From assembly GCF_009914755.1 (NCBI RefSeq), contig NC_060935.1: a stretch of DNA of 64,000 nucleotides; one strand, 5' to 3'. The stretch's first letter is position 1. Every line of letters starts with the position of its first letter. The translations under genes and the position numbers were made by a program. Positions 28,778-40,700 of this stretch are shown here, piece after piece. The notes under the pieces were generated by a model. It was not told where the DNA came from. It saw nothing but the letters and a program-made list of their open reading frames with translations, and made no database searches. The stretch is from the human T2T-CHM13v2.0 reference genome, Homo sapiens.

Positions 28778-31700
28778 GTGAGAGAGCAGACACAGGGGTC
28801 TGGGGCCTGGCAGAGTGTCCTGGGGGCAGGGCGAGGCGGGCGGGCAAGTCGCGTCTGGGAGGAGGAGCTGGTCCCAGAGTGCAGCCTGCGCGGCTCTGCT
28901 GAGGCTCCTGGCCCGGGTTGGTCCCTGGAAGCCCCCGGCCCTGCTGACTTTCAAGGAGCTGGAAGGTCGGGGCTCCCCTGCTATTCCTTTGGGGTTGACT
29001 GCCCGACGACAGTGTGGGTCTTGGGGCCAGCACCAGGTGGAAACAGCAGGTCAGGCCCCAGTGAACTGGGTCATTGTCCATAGGGGAGGAAGGGGTGGCC
29101 AGGATCCCACCAGAAGGCCCCATTCTCAGGTGGCAGAGACCCTTGAAGAGTTGGGGCAGCACAGCCCTTGCTGGGGAGCGGGGTGCCCAGAATGCCCTCT
29201 CCTACATCCCGCTTGGCACCCGGCCGCACTCCTCACCAGGCCGGGGGTAGAAGCCCTGAGACCCCTGTGGTGGGGTGACCAAGGCCCAGCAGAGGGCCCG
29301 AGGATAGGAAGGAACCTTTCCCGGCCAGGGGCCCTGTGCTGGGCTCGAAGCTGCTTCCAGGTGCTTCTTCAGGGGCCTTCTCTCGAGGGTAGCTTGGGCA
29401 GCCTTCCCCCTCCGGGGCCACTCACCCCTCATTCCCCGCTGCTCCCTCAGAGGGCAGAACCCGAAACCACGGCCACAACGTCTGCAGCACCTGGGGCAAC
29501 TTCCACTACAAGACCTTCGACGGGGACGTCTTCCGCTTCCCCGGCCTCTGCGACTACAACTTCGCCTCCGACTGCCGAGGCTCCTACAAGGAATTTGCTG
29601 TGCACCTGAAGCGGGGTCCGGGCCAGGCTGAGGCCCCCGCCGGGGTGGAGTCCATCCTGCTGACCATCAAGGATGACACCATCTACCTCACCCGCCACCT
29701 GGCTGTGCTTAACGGGGCCGTGTGAGTGTGGTCGGTGGCACCCCTCCCACATCCTAGCAACGGGGGCTGATGTTTCCCAAAGGGATATTCCTTGTAGCCC
29801 TAGAAGACCCCTTCCGCCCCAGCACACAGCTCAGGAGAACAGCCTTGAGGTTTGGGTTCAGGTCACTAATTCATTCAACAAACACTGATGAGCCCCCACC
29901 ATTCCCCCCATAGGCAAGGGGTTTCAGTTATCCCTTTGCCTGTGTGTCCCTGACAGCCCCTCCCCTCGGAGCCCACCAGGCTCCGGACAGACTTGGCACC
30001 CCTGGAGGCTGCATGTCTCTGGTCCTGTGCATGGAGTGGCCGTGTGTGCCCTCCCCAGGCTAGAGTTACAGAAGCCGGTGCAGGGGGCTGTGGGACCCCC
30101 TTCCCCATCCCCAGCTATTGCTCCCCTATTGTCTCCAGAACAATGAGGCCCTGTAAGTGCGTTCCCATCCAGCGCCTGCCCCTCTTCTGCCTGGGGATTT
30201 AGTTTCCTGCAAGGGGCCCCAGCATGGGCATGGGCAGGCGGGTGGAGGCCCTCAGGCATGGGCATGGGCAGGCGGGTGGGTAGAGGCCCTCAGGCGTGGG
30301 TGCAGGCAGGTGGGTAGAGGCCCTCAGGCATGGGCATGGGCGGGCGGGTGGGTAGAGGCCATCAGGTGTGGGCGTGGGTGGGTGGGTAGAGGCCCTCAGG
30401 CATGGGCGCGGGCGGGTGGGTGGGTAGAGGCCCTCAGGCGTGAGTGCGGGCGGGTGGGTGGATAGAAGCCGTCAGGCATGGGTGCAGGCGGGTGGGTAGA
30501 GGTCCTCAGGTGTGGGCATGGGCAGGTGGGTGGGTAGAGGCCGTCAGGTGTGGGCGCGGGTGGGTGGGTAGAGGCCCTCAGGCATGGGTGCGGGCGGGTG
30601 GGTGGGTAGAGGCCCTCAGGCGTGGGCGCGGGTGGGTGGATAGAGGCCGTCAGGCGTAGGTGCGGGCGGGTGGGTAGAGGTCCTCAGGTGTGGGCGCAGG
30701 TGGGTGGGTGGGTAGAGGCCCTCAGGCATGGCACAGGTGGGTGGGTAGAGGCCCTCAGGCATGGGCGCAGGCGGGTGGGTGGGTAGGGGCCCTCAGGCAT
30801 GGGTGTTGGCAGGTGGGTGGGTAGAGGCTTTCAGGCATGGGCAGGCAGGTAGAGGCCCTTGAGGACCGAGGCACAGAGGCTGGGGTGAGTGCCTCTACCT
30901 GGACCAGCAAGGGGCACTGGCAGGAGGTGGGGTAGGGCCCCTGACGGTCTCAGGGGCAGCCTGGGGGGCTCTGGGGGGTTTGGGACCCCATGGGGGGATG
31001 TTCCACCAAGCAGGGGGCCTGGAAGGGGGCTGGGCAGCCTGGTCCTCCCTCCTCTCCCAACCTGGTGCCCTCAGGGCCTCTGAGGGGGGACCCTGCCCAG
31101 GACCGTGCCCCGAGGAGGGAGTGGAGAGGAGGGGCGTGCAGGCAGGAGGTGGCTCTGCCGGGGAAGCCCGGCCAGCGGAGATGGACAGGTGCTCTTTGGC
31201 CACTGCCTATGTCCCTCCACCCCAGAGGCCGGCCAAGTTGGTGACCCCAGGGCAGGAGCTGGGCCTGGCAGAGCCATCTCCACCACCCCAGGCGCCCAGC
31301 TTCAGTCCCCTCTGGGCGGCGGGGTCCCGGGAGGACAAGCTGGGGCGGGGGGGCCTGGGTGGTGGACCCAAGAGTGACCCCGATGTGCCTCCGCCAGGGT
31401 CAGCACCCCGCACTACAGCCCCGGGCTGCTCATTGAGAAGAGCGATGCCTACACCAAAGTCTACTCCCGCGCCGGCCTCACCCTCATGTGGAACCGGGAG
31501 GATGCACTCATGGTGCTCAGGGGTCCCCGGACTCGTGGGGCTGGTGGGGGCTCCGTCAGGCCTCTGGGCAGACCCCAAGGGAGGGCAGGGAGGGCAGTGC
31601 TCTGACCCCTCACCGAGAGGGCATGGGTGGGGCAGGGCCTCGGCAGCGCGGGGCGTCGGTGCTGGACTTGGGGGGCAGCAGCAGAAGCCGACCTGGCCCT

Positions 31701-34700
31701 GACCCCCCCAGGCCTCAGCCTTCCCCCAAACGCACTCGGCTTCTCAGGGACCTGCCCTGCCAGGCCGCTCCCTGGCTGCTGACCCCAGCCTTCCTGCCCC
31801 ACCTTCCTCTGGCTCAAACAAGCCACGAGTCTTGGGGGTTCCTGGCGGCTGTGGGCCGGGCGGGAGGCCAGCTCACCTGCTCCCTCCCGCAACAGCTGGA
31901 GCTGGACACTAAGTTCCGGAACCACACCTGTGGCCTCTGCGGGGACTACAACGGCCTGCAGAGCTATTCAGAATTCCTCTCTGACGGTGAGGCCCGGAGG
32001 GCTTGGAGGGGGCAGGGTAGGCTACGGGCCCCCAGGAGCCCTAGCTGAAGGGCCGTGCATCCCCAGGCGTGCTCTTCAGTCCCCTGGAGTTTGGGAACAT
32101 GCAGAAGATCAACCAGCCCGATGTGGTGTGTGAGGATCCCGAGGAGGAGGTGGCCCCCGCATCCTGCTCCGAGCACGTGAGTCCCCTCGGTCTGGGGTGG
32201 GGGTCCTGGCGGAGCTGGCCTCTGAATAGCATGCTCACCCTGCGTCTGTCCCCAGCGCGCCGAGTGTGAGAGGCTGCTGACCGCCGAGGCCTTCGCGGAC
32301 TGTCAGGACCTGGTGCCGCTGGAGCCGTATCTGCGCGCCTGCCAGCAGGACCGCTGCCGGTGCCCGGGCGGTGACACCTGCGTCTGCAGCACCGTGGCCG
32401 AGTTCTCCCGCCAGTGCTCCCACGCCGGCGGCCGGCCCGGGAACTGGAGGACCGCCACGCTCTGCCGTAAGCCCCGGCGCCTTGTGGGCAGGGGACCCCA
32501 GGGAGACCCCACGCTGGTGCTTTCCCCAAGCCCGGGTGGGAGCTGTGTCTGCGCCGGGCACCTTGAGCTGGGGGGACACTCACCGCACCGGGCACCTTGA
32601 GCTGGGGGAACACTCACCGTGCCGGGCACCGGGAGCTGGGGGGACACTCACCGTGCCGGGCACCTTGAGCTGGGGGGACACTCACCGTGCCGGGCACTGG
32701 GAGCTGGGGGGACACTCACTGAGGGCACCGGGAGCTGGGGGGACACTCACCGTGACGGGCACCGGGAGCTGGGGGGACACTCACCACGGGCACCGGGAGC
32801 TGGGGGGACACTCACCACGGGCACCGGGAGCTGGGGGGACACTCACCGCGCCGGGCACCTTGAGCTGGGGGAACACTCACCGTGCCGGGCACCGGGAGCT
32901 GGGGGGACACTCACCGTGCCGGGCACCTTGAGCTGGGGGGACACTCACCGTGCCGGGCACTGGGAGCTGGGGGGACACTCACTGAGGGCACCGGGAGCTG
33001 GGGGGACACTCACCGTGACGGGCACCGGGAGCTGGGGGGACACTCACCACGGGCACCGGGAGCTGGGGGGACACTCACCGCACCGGGCACCTTGAGCTGG
33101 GGGAACACTCACCGTGCCGGGCACCGGGAGCTGGGGGGACACTCACCGTGCCGGGCACCGGGAGCTGGGGGGACACTCACCGCGCCGGGCACCTTGAGCT
33201 GGGGGGACACTCACCGTGCCGGGCACCGGGAGCTGGGGGGACACTCACCGTGCCGGGCACCGGGAGCTGGGGGGACACTCACCGCGCCGGGCACCTTGAG
33301 CTGGGGGAACACTCACCGTGCCGGGCACCGGGAGCTGGGGGGACACTCACCGCGCCGGGCACCTTGAGCTGGGGGAACACTCACCGTGCCGGGCACCGGG
33401 AGCTGGGGGGACACTCACCGTGCCGGGCACCTTGAGCTGGGGGGACACTCACCGTGCCGGGCACCGGGAGCTGGGGGGACACTCACCACGGGCACCGGGA
33501 GCTGGGGGGACACTCACCGTGCCGGGCACCTTGAGCTGGGGGGACACTCACCGTGCCGGGCACTGGGAGCTGGGGGGACACTCACTGAGGGCACCGGGAG
33601 CTGGGGGGACACTCACCACGCCGGGCACCGGGAGCTGGGGGGACACTCACCGTGACGGGCACCGGGAGCTGGGGGGACACTCACCACGGGCACCGGGAGC
33701 TGGGGGGACACTCACCACGGGCACCGGGAGCTGGGGGGACACTCACCGCGCCGGGCACCGGGAGCTGGGGGGACACTCACCGCGCCGGGCACCGGGAGCT
33801 GGGGGGACACTCACTGAGGGCACCGGGAGCTGGGGGGACACTCACCGCGCCGGGCACCGGGAGCTGGGGGGACACTCACCGTGACGGGCACCGGGAGCTG
33901 GGGGGACACTCACTGTGACGGGCACCGGGAGCTGGGGGGACACTCACCACGGGCACCGGGAGCTGGGGGGACACTCACCACGGGCACCGGGAGCTGGGGG
34001 GACACTCACCACGGGCACCGGGAGCTGGGGGGACACTCACCACGGGCACCGGGAGCTGGGGGGACACTCACCACGCCGGGCACCGGGAGCTGGGGGGACA
34101 CTCACTGAGGGCACCGGGAGCTGGGGGGACACTCACCGTGGGCTGAGAGCCCTTCTCGGTGCACTTCGGGGTGGAGCGGCTGCTGTGCCCCAGCCTCACC
34201 CTCACTGCGTGGCCTCTGCGGTTCCAGCCAAGACCTGCCCCGGGAACCTGGTGTACCTGGAGAGCGGCTCGCCCTGCATGGACACCTGCTCACACCTGGA
34301 GGTGAGCAGCCTGTGCGAGGAGCACCGCATGGACGGCTGTTTCTGCCCAGAAGGTGCGTGTGGAGGATGGCCCCGCCCTGGCACTGCCCACCAGATGAGA
34401 GGCAGCCCTGGCCTGGGGTTCTCGCCTGCGCTGAGGGGACGGCTCCGCTGGGTGGTGGGGGCAGCGGCGGCACAGAAGTGCCTCTCCCTCCACCCGATAC
34501 CGGGGGAGAAGGGGCCTCGGTGTGAGGCCCTTCCCAAAGGGTGGCTTCAGGGAGGCCGGGAAGGGGGCTGCCTTCCTGGTTATCACCCTGGGGACAGACC
34601 TCCTCCTGCCCGGCCCCTGGCCTGGTGCCTGAGGCCTTTGGGAGCAGCTCGATTGTCAGGGGCAGGAAGGTGGCCTGGAGGCTGGACCCCCATGGCCAGA

Positions 34701-37700
34701 CCCCAACCCAGGGACCAGGTGGGGACCGCAGGCGTCAGCACAGGGGACCAGTGGTGCCTGCGGGTGGGAGGCCTGGCTGGCAGCCCCTCGGTGGGGATTC
34801 TGGCTCTTTCTGAGCCAGCCGGGGTGACATCGCCTCCCTGGCTGTCCCAGGCACCGTATATGACGACATCGGGGACAGTGGCTGCGTTCCTGTGAGCCAG
34901 TGCCACTGCAGGCTGCACGGACACCTGTACACACCGGGCCAGGAGATCACCAATGACTGCGAGCAGTGGTGAGTCCCGGGGCCAGGGCTGGGCACAGCAG
35001 AGGCTGGGGCGGCTGAGCCCTGACCCTGTGCCCCGCTGCCCAACAGTGTCTGTAACGCTGGCCGCTGGGTGTGCAAAGACCTGCCCTGCCCCGGCACCTG
35101 TGCCCTGGAAGGCGGCTCCCACATCACCACCTTCGATGGGAAGACGTACACCTTCCACGGGGACTGCTACTATGTCCTGGCCAAGGTAGGCTGCCCAGGG
35201 TCTGGGGCATGGGGCAGAGCTGGGGCTGGCATCCAGGCCCTTGGCTGTCCCGGGGTGGGTGGGCTGGCTGTCCCTGAAGCAGAGGGTGCCTGTGGGCTGT
35301 CCTGGGGCAGGTGACCATGCTTCTGCTCTCTGGCTGGAGAATAAGAAGCAGGCCTTCCTTTCTAAGCCACTGCCGGGTCCTAGGGTGCAGGGTGCTGCCC
35401 GTCCCGGCCCTCAGCAGCTGCACTGCCTCTTGCCCCATCACAGGGTGACCACAACGATTCCTACGCTCTCCTGGGCGAGCTGGCCCCCTGTGGCTCCACA
35501 GACAAGCAGACCTGCCTGAAGACGGTGGTGCTGCTGGCTGACAAGAAGAAGAATGTGAGTGGTCCTGCCCCCTCCTTCTGGAGCCCCAGGTCCCCCGAGG
35601 GGGGCCCTTCTCAGCCCTGAGCAACCTCGGCCTTCCCTGCAGGTGGTGGTCTTCAAGTCCGATGGCAGTGTACTGCTCAACGAGCTGCAGGTGAACCTGC
35701 CCCACGTGACCGGTGAGTTGTGCCCCAGGGAGGGGCCCGGGCCCTTCGAGCTCCACTGGGCCTGCAGTGATTCGGACAGTCCAGCCACCTCGGACCCAGG
35801 AGGCTGGGTGGGAAGGTTCCACGGGGGGAGGGTCCCTGCGGCACCCAGCAGGCTCCGTCCTGGGTCCTCTGCTGGAGGGGGTGGTGGGAGGGTGACACCC
35901 TCCCGCTGCTCACCTGGGCCAGGCAGGTCCCGGGAGCCCCGCCCCTCGCCATGCCCCTTACTGTGTCCCTCATCGTGCCCCTGCCCACAGCGAGCTTCTC
36001 TGTCTTCCGCCCGTCTTCCTACCACATCATGGTGAGCATGGCCATTGGCGTCCGGCTGCAGGTGCAGCTGGCCCCAGTCATGCAACTCTTTGTGACACTG
36101 GACCAGGCCTCCCAGGGGCAGGTGCAGGGTAAGTGGCCCCACCGGGGTTGCCCCAACAAAGGCCCACAGGGGGGCCTGCTAGCCCCAGACTCTTCCCAAC
36201 CCTGTCCTGGCCCCTCAGGCCTCTGCGGGAACTTCAACGGCCTGGAAGGTGACGACTTCAAGACGGCCAGCGGGCTGGTGGAGGCCACGGGGGCCGGCTT
36301 TGCCAACACCTGGAAGGCACAGTCAAGCTGCCATGACAAGCTGGACTGGTTGGACGATCCCTGCTCCCTGAACATCGAGAGCGGTGAGGCTCGGCAACAC
36401 GGGCGCCCCCACCTAGCGTGCCTAGGGTACCCGGCCCATGGCCTGGAAGGGCAGACGGGGCTCCCAGCAGGAAGCATGGGTGGTGAGGGGCAGAAGTGAG
36501 GTGGCTCTCCTCCAGGGGCAGCCCGGCCCCTGCTGCTTCCTGCTGTGGCTAGTTTATGGCGGCCATGGTGGCAGCCTGCCAGGTGACCTGGAAGAGGGCC
36601 TGGGCTGGTCCCTACCTGCCCCGTCATGTCCAGGATGCTGGGCCCTTGGGGGTGAGAGACGGGAGGTGGTGGGTGCCCTGCAGGGGTTTCTATCTAGCCA
36701 GGAGCTGCCTGGAAATTTGACTCACGGGGAGGAAGGGGCCTGGGCATCGGTGCACAGAGGGAACCATATCTGGGGCCTAGGCAGCCAGGCAGCAGGGCCC
36801 AGGGGATCTCACGGGGGTCCCGGGCCCCGCTGAAGTTCCGATCCCCCACTCCCCAGCCAACTACGCCGAGCACTGGTGCTCCCTCCTGAAGAAGACAGAG
36901 ACCCCCTTTGGCAGGTGCCACTCGGCTGTGGACCCTGCTGAGTATTACAAGGTGGGTGGGACCCACACCCCCAGGCCCCCATGCCATCGAGGTGGACTCA
37001 GGGCACCCCCAGCCCCCCATGCCACCCGTGAGGTGGACTCAGAGCACCCGGTTGGGCCCACTGGTTGCTGTGTGTGCGTGTGAGCTTGCATCTGTGAGCG
37101 CCGGGCCACACTCTGCCTCCCTGCCTCACTGCCCGTCCACCTTGCTCTGTCGCCCAGAGGTGCAAATATGACACGTGTAACTGTCAGAACAATGAGGACT
37201 GCCTGTGCGCCGCCCTGTCCTCCTACGCGCGCGCCTGCACCGCCAAGGGCGTCATGCTGTGGGGCTGGCGGGAGCATGTCTGCAGTGAGTGCCGTCCCCG
37301 TGGGCTGCATCCTGGGGATGGGGTCCGGGCTTTGAGCTCCTGGGACGGGGCTGGGGGCCCTGAGCACGGGTGGTCCAGGGAGAGGGGTCGGCCCCCTGCA
37401 GCCACGGACCAGGCTCCAGCTTCGTCAGCCGGTGGTAGCAGGAAACCAGCAACTCCTATAGCAAGGGGCGGCCACGTAGCAGGGGCAGAACCTGGGGTGG
37501 GCCTGGAGCTGTGGCGGCCGAGTGTGGGAGTGGGTCCCAGAGTGTGCACTCCCTGGCCCCCTGGCCACCCTGGGGATGGGAGCTGGGCGTCTGGCTCTTC
37601 CCGTCCCTCACACCACCCCGTGGTCCTCTGCAGACAAGGATGTGGGCTCCTGCCCCAACTCGCAGGTCTTCCTGTACAACCTGACCACCTGCCAGCAGAC

Positions 37701-40700
37701 CTGCCGCTCCCTCTCCGAGGCCGACAGCCACTGTCTCGAGGGCTTTGCGCCTGTGGACGGCTGCGGCTGCCCTGACCACACCTTCCTGGACGAGAAGGGC
37801 CGCTGCGTACCCCTGGCCAAGTGCTCCTGTTACCACCGCGGTCTCTACCTGGAGGCGGGGGATGTGGTCGTCAGGCAGGAAGAACGATGGTGGGTACCTG
37901 CTCGGGGGTCAGGTGTGGCGTGGGGGCGGGGGAGCTCCTTCTGAACCTGCCCCAAGCGGAGACCTGGGAGTCTCTACCTGGGGAAGCTGAGACACCCAAG
38001 GCTGAGGGGTGCCTGGGGTGGGGGGCGCTGAGAGGCATCAGGCTCACATCTGCGGGGAAGCTGCGGGCTGTCTGTGGCCGTCCTGCATGGGCCCCGCTCA
38101 TCCCTGGCCTTTTCCACAGTGTGTGCCGGGATGGGCGGCTGCACTGTAGGCAGATCCGGCTGATCGGCCAGAGTAAGTGGCACTGCCCCGGCCACCCCTC
38201 CCCAGCCACCCCTCCCTGCCTGCCCTGGCCACCCTCCCCGGCCACCCCTCCCGGGCCTGCCTGAGACCCCCAGCTTCAGCTGGAGCTGAGGTGGCCCCTC
38301 CGTCCCACAGGCTGCACGGCCCCAAAGATCCACATGGACTGCAGCAACCTGACTGCACTGGCCACCTCGAAGCCCCGAGCCCTCAGCTGCCAGACGCTGG
38401 CCGCCGGCTATGTGCGTGTTGGGGGCGCTGCTGTGGGCGGGCAGGGATTCCTGGCTGGCTGAGCCTGGCTCTTGTGCTGTGCCCCCGCTAGGGTCTGGGT
38501 GCCGAGTCCTGAGGACGCAGGCCCTGTTGATGCTGTCCCTGGCCCTGGGAGGGAAGTGGCAGCCTGTGAGCCACCGGGGCACAGGGGCCAGTGTAGGGCC
38601 CTTGGCCGGCAGCCCTCACCAGTCTCACTGCCCTGTGGCGGGCCCAAGGGGAGGGAAGCCTGAGCCCAGGCCAGGGGGAGTGGTGGGAGGTCTGGGACAT
38701 GACAGAGACTGCACGGTCAGGCCTTTCCTGGTTGCACATCCAATCCTGACCCCAGGGAGGGCTGCAGCCTCACCTGTCCACCCCTGAACCCCACTCTCTG
38801 GCTGTCCCCAGTACCACACAGAGTGTGTCAGTGGCTGTGTGTGCCCCGACGGGCTGATGGATGACGGCCGGGGTGGCTGCGTGGTGGAGAAGGAATGCCC
38901 TTGCGTCCATAACAACGACCTGTATTCTTCCGGCGCCAAGATCAAGGTGGACTGCAATACCTGGTAAGCTGGCCCGGCCTGTCCTGGCTGCCTCCCAGGC
39001 CCCACGTGCTCCGCAGGGGTGGCCACTGGAGAGCGGTCCAAGGGGCAAGTGCCTCTCCTGGGGGTTCCGCCTGGGTCTTGCGAGATCCTGTGGTGGCCCC
39101 TGTCCCACGGGCAGGGTGGTCTCTCATGTCAACTGCTGGTCTTGAAGCCATGGGAGAAGGGACATTTGGAGCCACTTTTGGGGCCTGCAGGTGTCCTGTG
39201 TGGGAGGCACAGGGAGCTGTCTGCACGGTGCCCAGGGTCTCCTCCAGCCACCCATGAGCAGGTCCTGGGTCCCTTCAGGCTCCTCTCCTGTCCTCCTCAG
39301 CACCTGCAAGAGAGGACGCTGGGTGTGCACCCAGGCTGTGTGCCATGGCACCTGCTCCATTTACGGGAGTGGCCACTACATCACCTTTGATGGGAAGTAC
39401 TACGACTTTGACGGACACTGCTCCTACGTGGCTGTTCAGGTGTGGTCACGGGCACTGCCTGGTCGGGCTGCTTATGGTCAGGGACCCTCTGCCTGCCCCA
39501 AGTGCAGTGCTTAGCTCCCCGAGAAACCCTGAGACTTGGGAAGGCCGGCCTTTCCTCAGCCCCAGACCCGCACCTGCACCCGCAGGAGGATTCGTTCTTC
39601 TAGCCAGGGCTGGGTAGGGGTGGTAAAACCCCTCTGTACTGCCCAGTTCTGTGGTTCTCCTCTGGGTCCTCCTCTGGGTTCTCCTGTGGGTCCTCCTCTG
39701 TGGTTCTCCTCTGGGTCCTCCTCTGGGTCCTCCCTCCTCTGGATCCTCCCTCCTCTGGATCCTCCCTCCTCTGGGTCCTCCCTCCTCTGGGTCCTCCCTC
39801 CTCTGGGTCCTCCTCCAGGTCCTCCTCTGGGTCCTCCCTCCTCTGGGTCCTCCTCTGGGTCCTCCTCTGAGTCCTCCTCTGGGTCCTCCCTCCTCTGGGT
39901 CCTCCTCTGAGTCCTCCTCTGGGTCCTCCCTCCTCTGGGTCCTCCCTCCTCTGGGTCCTCCTCTAGGTCCTCCTCTGTGGTCCTCATTTGGGTCCTCCTC
40001 TGGGTCCTTCTCTGGGTGCACAAGGTGGGTGCACCAGCCATGGGGACTGAGGGCACCTGTTTGGGGAGCTGAGTAAAGGCCAGGGCTAGGCCGCTGCCCG
40101 CGCGGCTCTCCAGATCCAAATCCCACAGCCCTTTGAGGCACCGTGATCCCCAGGGACAGGGGACAGGCCTGCAGCAGGGTCAGGTCCTTGGATGGGCCAG
40201 GCCAGGGCCTGGTTTGTCTGCTCAGTGGCTGTGACCCTGCCAACTGGGGCGGGTGTGCCCCGGGACACCTGGGGTCCAGCTGTCCTGGCTGACCTTGCCC
40301 TCCTGGCCCCCAGGACTACTGCGGCCAGAACTCCTCACTGGGCTCATTCAGCATCATCACCGAGAACGTCCCCTGTGGCACTACGGGCGTCACCTGCTCC
40401 AAGGCCATCAAGATCTTCATGGGGGTGAGTGCTGCTGGCCCTGGGGACGCGTGAGCCCTGCGGGACCCTCAGACCAGCCAGTGACTGGGCCTCTCCTCCG
40501 GGCAGAGGACGGAGCTGAAGTTGGAAGACAAGCACCGTGTGGTGATCCAGCGTGATGAGGGTCACCACGTGGCCTACACCACGCGGGAGGTGGGCCAGTA
40601 CCTGGTGGTGGAGTCCAGCACGGGCATCATCGTCATCTGGGACAAGAGGACCACCGTGTTCATCAAGCTGGCTCCCTCCTACAAGGTGGGCTGCCTCCCT

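Noticed and set aside
32551-34140. CRISPR-like appearance of 30-34 bp repeats, and repetitive ORFs in this region
   Set aside because: Head-to-tail minisatellite without unique spacers in a human intron; no cas genes
39446-40243. Acidic or RGG-like minus-strand ORFs
   Set aside because: Translation of the intron 20 minisatellite
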